Program-made: the position numbers and the translations under genes
Notes under the pieces: generated by a model
The model's input: only the letters and a program-made list of their open reading frames with translations
Told to the model about the DNA's origin: nothing
The model's database searches: none
Part shown: one piece after another, positions 24,992 to 32,000 of the stretch
Layout of the letters: every line of letters starts with the position of its first letter
Numbering within the stretch: position 1 is the stretch's first letter
NCBI RefSeq assembly: GCF_000146505.1
Contig: NC_017448.1
Span: 3,600,001-3,632,000, forward strand
Source: Fibrobacter succinogenes subsp. succinogenes S85
GTDB lineage: Bacteria; Fibrobacterota; Fibrobacteria; Fibrobacterales; Fibrobacteraceae
Direction: 5' to 3'
Length of the DNA: 32,000 nt

Positions 24992-27738
24992 AAGGCGGAA
25001 TACAGATAAATGTGAAATGCTTTGCATTTTTGGCGCTGGTTCTTTTTTTGTGGAGTTCCTGTAGCGATAGTAGCGATTCTCCATCTTCTGGGGAACCGTC
25101 AAATTACGTGACGAGTGTTGACGGTTTTGTTTATGTCAATTCCAAAGGTAATTCAACGTTCTTGGGGACGGATGTTAGCGGAGCCCGTAAGAGTGATTCT
25201 CCAAAGATGGAAGTGCATTTCACATACGATTTTTATATCGCCGAACATGAAGTGACTTGCGGCGAGTTCCATGCACTGCTTAAATCGTCGGGCGAAAAGT
25301 GCGAAGGCATGTATCGCGATAAGAGCCCCATCACAAACGTGACGTTCTTTGATGCTGTACTCTTTGCCAATGCCAAAAGTAAAAAGGAAAATCTAGATAC
25401 CGTCTATACGTACACGAGCGCTTCTTTTGATGCTTCGGGGAGTTGCGATAACTTGGTTGGACTTTCGTTCCACGAAAATGTAAAGGGCTATCGCTTGCCG
25501 ACGGAGGCCGAATGGGTTTATGTGGCTAGCCAGGGCTGGGACCCTGAAAAGGGCTGGAACAGCGTCAATTCGGAATACAAGTTCCACGATGTTGCAACGT
25601 CTCCTGCGAACGAACTTGGAGTTTACGATATGGCGGGAAATGTTCTGGAATGGGTGAATGACTGGCTCACTTATTTTACGAAAGAGCCGGTGACGAATTT
25701 TGCAGGCGGTGCTGATGAAGGTAGCCTTGGTGAACGTGTTGTCAAGGGCGGTAGCTATAGAAACGAGTCTTCTGCAACGACTTTGTACAGCCGCGGTGAC
25801 GTCTATACGGTGATTTCTTCGACAAAGGGCGATTATCTTGGATTCAGGCTTGCGCTTGGAACGATTCCCGATGCTACATGGCTTGATGAAAGCGGTACGG
25901 TGAAGGAATCTATTGTGAAGTCGGATGTGTCCGTTTTTGAAATGAAGCACTTGACGGGAACTTTTGAATCCAAGCTGGTGTTCCGCAATGATATTACGAG
26001 TAACTTGTCCTTTATTGATTTTGGAAGCGGAGTTGTTTCGGTCATTGAAATTGAGGATACGCAGAAGGCTTACCACCCGGATATCTCGCCCGATGGAAAG
26101 CGCGTGGCTTATTGCACTGGCTTTGAAGGGACGAATGGCAAGTCGAGTATCTACGTGCGCAACTTGAATGCAAAGGGGACGGACCTTGTCAAGCTTGAAG
26201 TTGAAAATGCGGCTATCCCTCGCTGGAAAATTCAGGAAAATGGCGATACGGCAATTGTCTATGTGACGAGTGCCGCAAATAACAAGGATGACGCAGCTTT
26301 TGCGGAAATGAGCACGTGGCAGGTCCCGTTTAACAATGGTAAGTTTGGAAAACCAAAAAAGCTCTTTGACGGTGCGTACCATGGTGGCGTGAGTGGAACC
26401 AAGCAGCTCGCTGTATCGGGGGCTAGGCTGTTGCGTGCTCGCGTGGCTCCGTACGGAAAGACTGTCGCAAACGGAAACGATACGGTGTGGTACAACGGGG
26501 AACAGGCTTGCAATGTCTCGCTTGCTAATGACGGAAGCGATAGGACGGTGTTCCTTGATTTTGGCGGCAAGACGGGTGCGGAATTTGTCGGATCTTCATA
26601 CCGTACGCATGAACGCCTCCTGGTGGCTGATGCCAAGGGAAAACTTATCCAAAGTGTTGCAGCCCCGAGCGGCTATACGTTTGACCATACGGAATGGGTA
26701 CTGGGCGGTTCAAATTATGTTATTGCAACTCTCGCCAATGCTAGCGGCGCTCACCAGAAAATTGCGTTAATTAACTTGTCCGATAGTACGGTGCAAGTCT
26801 TGGTTGAAGGCGATGAACTTTGGCACCCGTGCCTGTGGCATTCGAAAAACAACTATAGCAGCAAGGATTTGAATACGGATAGTGCGGGCGTCTATTATTC
26901 GTCAAGCGCTTATTACAGCGCATTGGAACTCCGTGTCAAGATGCAGAAGTTCTGGGAAAATCGCGACAGCATTACGGCTTTGGCGCTCGGCTCCTCGCGT
27001 ACGATGTTTGCCTTGCACGATAAGAGTATCAAGTCGCACAACTTGCTCAACATGGCGTATTCCGCCGGACAGCTGACGGGTATGTCTTACCTGTTCATCA
27101 ACTATGCGCTGACCCATCTCAAGAATCTAAAGGTCCTGGTCCTTGAAATGTCTCCGGACTTTTTATGGTACGACGGGTTTACGACGTGGATTAACGTGAT
27201 ATACAACAAGGTGCCTGGCTTCAAGTACGATGAAAACCACAACTTCTGGGCCGATGGTTTGCCGGAACATTTTGTCGACGCAGTGAAGGTGACTCCCCGC
27301 CCAGAAACGGCTTTACAGCACCCGTACGACCTGGAAGACTTCCTTTTACCGGATAATTCCTGGGGTTTTCCGGTATTTTTGAAGGATTCTGCAGATTGTA
27401 ATATGGATTCCCCTGTATTTAAGGAAAATTTTGTTTATTTTAAGTATGTAGTGGACGTGGCCCGCCAGAAGGGGATTAAAGTTGTTGTGACTGTATTCCC
27501 GCAACATCCGGGCTACGCTTCGACAGGCTCGTTTGGTGTGTATGGTCCGAGGCGGAGTTCTGCGAAGGAAATTATTGATTCGGTGAAGACGATGGATGTT
27601 ATTCTGTTTGATGAAAATAAGTTTGGTGCTCACGACTATACGGACAAGATGGCGTATAACGTCGACCACTTGAGCACTTCGGGAGCAGAACAGTTTACGC
27701 ATCGGTTGGATTCGCTGCTTTCAAAATTGAGCCAGTAA
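24988..27738 (+). CDS. Paralog 2 of the same three-domain lipoprotein family
   Basis: 916 aa. ATGA overlap with paralog 1. Lipobox LWSSC. Same motif series (HEVTCGEF, YRLPTEAEW, RVVKGGSY, YLGFRLA, YHPDISPDGKRVAYCT, FLDFGGKTG, GDELWHP, LGSSRTMF, YNVDHLSTSG). Confidence 0.8.
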   Translation: MKGGIQINVKCFAFLALVLFLWSSCSDSSDSPSSGEPSNYVTSVDGFVYVNSKGNSTFLGTDVSGARKSDSPKMEVHFTYDFYIAEHEVTCGEFHALLKSSGEKCEGMYRDKSPITNVTFFDAVLFANAKSKKENLDTVYTYTSASFDASGSCDNLVGLSFHENVKGYRLPTEAEWVYVASQGWDPEKGWNSVNSEYKFHDVATSPANELGVYDMAGNVLEWVNDWLTYFTKEPVTNFAGGADEGSLGERVVKGGSYRNESSATTLYSRGDVYTVISSTKGDYLGFRLALGTIPDATWLDESGTVKESIVKSDVSVFEMKHLTGTFESKLVFRNDITSNLSFIDFGSGVVSVIEIEDTQKAYHPDISPDGKRVAYCTGFEGTNGKSSIYVRNLNAKGTDLVKLEVENAAIPRWKIQENGDTAIVYVTSAANNKDDAAFAEMSTWQVPFNNGKFGKPKKLFDGAYHGGVSGTKQLAVSGARLLRARVAPYGKTVANGNDTVWYNGEQACNVSLANDGSDRTVFLDFGGKTGAEFVGSSYRTHERLLVADAKGKLIQSVAAPSGYTFDHTEWVLGGSNYVIATLANASGAHQKIALINLSDSTVQVLVEGDELWHPCLWHSKNNYSSKDLNTDSAGVYYSSSAYYSALELRVKMQKFWENRDSITALALGSSRTMFALHDKSIKSHNLLNMAYSAGQLTGMSYLFINYALTHLKNLKVLVLEMSPDFLWYDGFTTWINVIYNKVPGFKYDENHNFWADGLPEHFVDAVKVTPRPETALQHPYDLEDFLLPDNSWGFPVFLKDSADCNMDSPVFKENFVYFKYVVDVARQKGIKVVVTVFPQHPGYASTGSFGVYGPRRSSAKEIIDSVKTMDVILFDENKFGAHDYTDKMAYNVDHLSTSGAEQFTHRLDSLLSKLSQ

Positions 27739-27775
27739 AAAGTCGATAAACATGTATGAAAGAAGGGGAGAAATT

Positions 27776-30535
27776 ATGAGATATCTTATAGCGATTCTGC
27801 TTGTGTCTTTGTACGCTTGCACCGATTCCAATAGTACCTATGGATTTGAAAGTGATGTTGTAAAAACAGTAGAAGACTCCCTTTCGGGAATGTTGCGCGT
27901 GTCTGGTAACGTCACGGCGCACTTGGGTACGAACGACATTACGGCAAAGGCGACCGAACGTCCGCAAATGGATGTCCTGCTGACTTATGATTTCTCAATC
28001 GGCAAAAGCGAAGTGACTTGCGGTGACTTCAACGCCTTGATGAAACCTGCGACCGGACTCAAGGTGAAGTGCATTACGAACATGTACCCTGCAACGGATG
28101 TTACTTATTACGATGCTGCGCTTTACGCGAACGAACGCAGCAAGTCTGAAGGCATGGATACCGCTTACACGTATGTCGGGACTCAATTTGATCACGAAAA
28201 GCACTGCACGAATCTAGACGGTTTTGCTTTCCACCCCGAGGTGAAAGCTTACCGATTGCCGACAGAAGCGGAATGGTCGCTCGTGGCTCAATCCTATAAG
28301 AAGCACGCGGGTGGCTGGACTTCTGAAAATTCGGATTACACGCTCCATGAAGTCTGTAACAAGTACGACAGCCAAACGAATGTCTGCGACATGATCGGTA
28401 ATGCGATGGAATGGGTGAACGACTGGTATGGCGAGTTCCTGGATACGACTTTGACAAACTATGTGGGCTCTCCTGATGCGGGCATGTTCGGCATGCGCGT
28501 GGTCAAGGGAGGTAGCTATAAGAATGCGGCAAGCTCCATCCATATCTATAACCGTGGAGATGTGTACCCGGTCACCTGTTCTAGCCATGTGGATTACGTG
28601 GGTTTCCGTTTGGCGTATGGCTCTATCCCTGATGCGGTTTGGCTGGGTTCTAATGGTCATCCAGCGACGAGTCGCGTGGTTTCGCTCATAAATTCAACGG
28701 CCATCCGTTCTCAGACGGGTACATATAAAGTCAAACTGGCTTTCCGTGACGACCTTACGGGAAACCTGGCGTATATTGATTACTCAAGTGGCGCTTCTGT
28801 TGTGAACGAAATTGTGGATAACATCCCCGTGTACCATCCTGAAATTTCGCCTGATGGCAAAAAAGTTGCTTTCTGTACGAATATTGAAGGCCTTTCTGGA
28901 AAGTCCGAAATCTATGTCCGCGACTTGAATACTTCGGGAACGAACCTCGTGAAGCTTGATGTTGAAAGTGCTGCGATTCCGCGTTGGCGCGTGCTTGAAA
29001 ACGGTGATACGGTCATTACTTATGTGACGGATGTCAGCAACAACAAGGACGATGCAACCTTTAAGGCCGCTTCGACATGGCAGGTAAAGTTTGCCGATGG
29101 AAAATTTGGCAAGCCCGAAAAGCTTTTTGATGGCGCTTATCATGGCGGTGTCAGCGAAGACGATCGCCTTGCCGTGACGGGCGCTAGACTCTTGCGTGCT
29201 CGTGTTGCAAAGGCGGGCTCGACTGTCATGAGTGATGCTGTCGATACAATTTGGTACAAGGACGGTGACGAGGCTGAACAGGCTTGCAATGCATCGCTTG
29301 CCAAGGATAGCAGCAAGCGTACCTTGTTCCTTGATTTTGGCGGCAAGACGGGGCAGGCTTTTGCCGAAACGAAATATGCAGTGCATGAACGTTTGCTTAT
29401 CGTTGATTCAACGGGTGCGCTTGTTCAGTCTATAGGCGCTCCGAGTGGCTTTACGTTTGACCATAGCGAATGGGCTTCTGGTGTCCGTAACATTGCCGTT
29501 GCGACTTTGACAAACGTCAATGGTGCGCATACAAAGATTGCGTTGATTAACTTGTCAAAGAATGAAATTATTGAACTTGCCGAAGGCGATGAACTTTGGC
29601 ACCCGTGCCTGTGGGTGAAAAAGGATTTTGACCTGAATGATGATTTGCAACTCAATCTCGATAGTGCTGGCGTGTACTATAGGGAGGGGCAGGACTGGGC
29701 GCACATTTCAATGGGCTACAAGATGTCGCTTTTGTGGCGCTACAGAAACGATGTTGAAATTCTGTGCGTCGGTAGCTCGAGAACGGAAAACAGCGTGGTG
29801 GTCACGTCGATTACGGCAGGATTTGCACTGAACACGGGCCATTCGGGTAACGACATGAACGCTTCGCTTTACGTGGCCGAAAACTATGGCCTCAATCACT
29901 TGAACAAGCTGAAGAGTATCGTTGTGTCCCTGGATTTGGACCTTTGGCACAACTCTACGGAATATACGGAAATTTTGATTGCGACGACACCGGGTTTTGT
30001 GTACGATGCTAGCCACGGATTCTGGACTTCCGGCTTGCCGGACGGTTTCTTGGATGCGGTTGCACTTTCTTCGCAGTATTCCGATGTGGCGAGGACGATT
30101 TACGAACCCTCGCGTGGATTCTTCAGCGCCGATGGCTCGGGCTGGGGAACCGCTTCCGTGGAACTGGACTCTAACTGGCATGGTGATGCCGGCATGCAGA
30201 AGATTGAATGGAATATCAAGCGCCTGAAGGACTTTATCGTCAAAACGGAACCTTTGGGTGTAAATATTGTCGGTGTGATATTCCCGCAGAATCCGGGATA
30301 TCGCAATACCGGTTCCTGGGGCCGTTATGGTCCGAGACGCTCTGTTGCCAAGGACATTATGGATTCCCTGAATAAGTTCCAGAAGCAGTATCCGCATTTC
30401 CATGTGCTTGACGAAAACAAGAACGGTGAGCACGATTATGCGGACGATTGCGCTGTGAATACGGACCATCTAAGCTTGATAGGGGCAGCCAAGGTGACGG
30501 GGCGTATAGATTCCCTGCTGAAAACGTTGAAGTAA
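27776..30535 (+). CDS. Paralog 3 of the same three-domain lipoprotein family
   Basis: 919 aa from ATG 27776 (AAGGGGAG RBS; the track start 27752 adds 8 aa). MRYLIAILLVSLYAC lipobox. Same motif series (SEVTCGDF, YRLPTEAEW, RVVKGGSY, YVGFRLA, YHPEISPDGKKVAFCT, FLDFGGKTG, GDELWHP, VGSSRTEN, VNTDHLSLIG). Confidence 0.8.
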   Translation: MRYLIAILLVSLYACTDSNSTYGFESDVVKTVEDSLSGMLRVSGNVTAHLGTNDITAKATERPQMDVLLTYDFSIGKSEVTCGDFNALMKPATGLKVKCITNMYPATDVTYYDAALYANERSKSEGMDTAYTYVGTQFDHEKHCTNLDGFAFHPEVKAYRLPTEAEWSLVAQSYKKHAGGWTSENSDYTLHEVCNKYDSQTNVCDMIGNAMEWVNDWYGEFLDTTLTNYVGSPDAGMFGMRVVKGGSYKNAASSIHIYNRGDVYPVTCSSHVDYVGFRLAYGSIPDAVWLGSNGHPATSRVVSLINSTAIRSQTGTYKVKLAFRDDLTGNLAYIDYSSGASVVNEIVDNIPVYHPEISPDGKKVAFCTNIEGLSGKSEIYVRDLNTSGTNLVKLDVESAAIPRWRVLENGDTVITYVTDVSNNKDDATFKAASTWQVKFADGKFGKPEKLFDGAYHGGVSEDDRLAVTGARLLRARVAKAGSTVMSDAVDTIWYKDGDEAEQACNASLAKDSSKRTLFLDFGGKTGQAFAETKYAVHERLLIVDSTGALVQSIGAPSGFTFDHSEWASGVRNIAVATLTNVNGAHTKIALINLSKNEIIELAEGDELWHPCLWVKKDFDLNDDLQLNLDSAGVYYREGQDWAHISMGYKMSLLWRYRNDVEILCVGSSRTENSVVVTSITAGFALNTGHSGNDMNASLYVAENYGLNHLNKLKSIVVSLDLDLWHNSTEYTEILIATTPGFVYDASHGFWTSGLPDGFLDAVALSSQYSDVARTIYEPSRGFFSADGSGWGTASVELDSNWHGDAGMQKIEWNIKRLKDFIVKTEPLGVNIVGVIFPQNPGYRNTGSWGRYGPRRSVAKDIMDSLNKFQKQYPHFHVLDENKNGEHDYADDCAVNTDHLSLIGAAKVTGRIDSLLKTLK

Positions 30536-30598
30536 TAATGTATTTGACGTTATTCTGGGTGAAGGAAAGTTTGTATATTAGTTCCAAGGAATCATAAT

Positions 30599-32000
30599 AT
30601 GAAAATTTTTGGAATGAAAGATACTCTTATCTTAAGCGTTGCCGCTTTATCTATAATTTTCCTGGAATCCTGCTCGGATGATTCTCCGACTCAGACAGAA
30701 ATGGGGTCGTCCCTTGTTTGTTCCTTAAGGGACAATTGCCCCGGTGCTGATCTAAAAGATGACTTTGCGCTTGTCCGGTCTTCTGGAAAAACTATAGTAG
30801 TAGGCACGAATAACAAAACGGCTAAAGTCAATGAACGCCCTGAAATGGACGTCAAGTTTGATTACGATTATCAGCTCGGTTTGCATGAAGTCACCTGTGG
30901 CGAATTCAAGGACTTGATGAACGGAAAGAACGGACTTTCGCTTGAGTGCTCTCAGAGTGTGGTTCCTGTGGTGAATGTCACCTATTACGATGCGGTCCTT
31001 TTTGCCAATGCCAAAAGCGTCAAGTTCAAGTTAGATACCGCTTATAGCTATTCCTCGGCTGAATTTGACAAGAATGGCCATTGTGTGCTTCTGGAAGGGT
31101 TCAAGTTCAATCCGAATGTTGATGCTTACCGCTTGCCAACCGAAGCGGAATGGATTTTTGCGGCAAGCCTTTCGGCCAATGTTGAAAAGAGCTGGAATGC
31201 CGACAATTCTGATTTCAAGGCTCACGAAGTTTGCAAGAAAAAAGACGAAAACGGCTTTTGCGATCTATATGGCAACGTGACGGAATGGGTCAATGACTGG
31301 CTCGGGAATTTCCGCGATACGACGATAACGAACTTTGTGGGCGCTACAAATGGCGGTAGCCTTGGCGAACGAGTGATCAAGGGCGGTAGCTTTAGGAGCG
31401 AACCTTCGGCGATTAACGTGTATGCCCGTGGAGATGTCTACACCGTTACGGGTACGAGTTCTTCGGAATATCTCGGGTTCCGACTTGCGTATGGAAAGAT
31501 TAGCAACCCGGTTTGGCTTGATGCTTCGGGCGAGGTCGTGGCTTCGAATATGTCTATTGTCACATCTTCGAAAAAGATTTCGTCCATTTTTGGAGTTTCG
31601 CGTTCTAGGCTTGCGTTCCGCAATGACGTGACCGGAAACTTGGCCTATGTCGATTTTGCAAAGATTTCACCGACCATTGTTGAAATCAAGGATTCTCTGG
31701 GCGTTTATCACCCCGATATTTCTCCGGACGGCAAGCGTGTGACGTTCTGCACGGGGCAGGAGGGAATTAGTGGAAATTCTGCAGTCTACGTGCGCAATCT
31801 GGATGCGGAAGGGACTGGCCTTGTAAAGCTTGACGTGAAGTCGGCTGCGATTCCGCGCTGGCGCGTGCTTGAAAACGGCGATACGGTGATTGTGTACGTG
31901 ACGGATGCCGGCAATAACAAGGACGAATCTGTGTTCAAGGCAGCATCTACATGGCAGGTGAAATTTGCAAATGGCAAGTTCGGCGAACCTTCTAAGCTTT
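30599..32000 (+). CDS. Paralog 4 of the same family, N-terminal ~467 codons only (runs off the right edge)
   Basis: Not in the ORF track because it has no stop. My translation from ATG 30599: MKIFGMKDTLILSVAALSIIFLESCSDDS...HEVTCGEFKDLM...VNVTYYDAVLFANAKS...AYRLPTEAEWIFAA...GNVTEWVNDW...RVIKGGSFRSEPSAINVYARGDVYTVTGTSSSEYLGFRLAYG...YHPDISPDGKRVTFCT...IPRWRVLENGDTVIVYVTDAGNNKDE. Open to the window end. Confidence 0.8.
   Translation, partial: MKIFGMKDTLILSVAALSIIFLESCSDDSPTQTEMGSSLVCSLRDNCPGADLKDDFALVRSSGKTIVVGTNNKTAKVNERPEMDVKFDYDYQLGLHEVTCGEFKDLMNGKNGLSLECSQSVVPVVNVTYYDAVLFANAKSVKFKLDTAYSYSSAEFDKNGHCVLLEGFKFNPNVDAYRLPTEAEWIFAASLSANVEKSWNADNSDFKAHEVCKKKDENGFCDLYGNVTEWVNDWLGNFRDTTITNFVGATNGGSLGERVIKGGSFRSEPSAINVYARGDVYTVTGTSSSEYLGFRLAYGKISNPVWLDASGEVVASNMSIVTSSKKISSIFGVSRSRLAFRNDVTGNLAYVDFAKISPTIVEIKDSLGVYHPDISPDGKRVTFCTGQEGISGNSAVYVRNLDAEGTGLVKLDVKSAAIPRWRVLENGDTVIVYVTDAGNNKDESVFKAASTWQVKFANGKFGEPSKL

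Noticed and set aside
363-30469. Long antisense or alternative-frame ORFs in the track. Minus strand: 363..1052, 1808..2389, 2678..3205, 6059..7189, 7467..8930, 13597..14454, 19353..20105, 20130..21257, 21338..22012, 22760..23881, 25393..26382, 28784..29386, 29708..30469. Plus strand: 12136..13104, 18322..19074, 3339..3728, 3774..4220
   Set aside because: Each lies entirely within, and opposite to or out of frame with, a gene that has clear family motifs. Their translations are Arg/His/Phe-rich with no recognisable motifs, no signal or TM logic and no RBS. They are typical shadow ORFs of moderately GC-rich coding DNA.
22145-32000. Interpreting the four paralogs as formylglycine-generating (sulfatase-maturing) enzymes
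   Set aside because: The Cys pair needed for FGly formation is absent in all four. They are lipoproteins with two additional large domains, and no sulfatase gene is present in the window.

Overview
This is a chromosomal window of about 50% GC. The gene content points to a Fibrobacter-like organism (many lipoproteins, a PL1 pectate lyase with CBM and C-terminal sorting tail, SD-type RBSs), but that assignment is inference only. Positions 1-19.3 kb are mostly housekeeping genes: an Omp85-family protein, ppa, galE, an MscS-type channel, a chorismate mutase / prephenate dehydrogenase / AroA-like operon, nadK, an RsuA/RluB-type pseudouridine synthase, hisC, a nucleoside/guanine deaminase, and a TM2-rdgB-dus-radical SAM operon. 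These are interrupted by accessory genes: a small Cys-rich secreted protein, an AT-rich repeat lipoprotein, a pectate lyase and an arginase-fold protein. The notable part is 19.3-32.0 kb, a single same-strand cluster. It encodes an AlgX/AlgJ-like SGNH lipoprotein and a membrane-anchored transglutaminase-like/TPR protein. These are followed by at least four tandem paralogous genes for 916-948 aa lipoproteins; the fourth runs off the right edge and is missing from the ORF track. Each paralog combines an FGE-sulfatase-like domain without the catalytic Cys pair, a TolB/PD40-like beta-propeller, and a C-terminal DltD/SGNH-like domain with GSSR and DxxHL motifs. I read this as an uncharacterised envelope system for glycan ester or acyl modification. 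No rRNA, tRNA, CRISPR array, transposase or integrase was seen. All homology calls are by-eye motif recognition and no searches were run.
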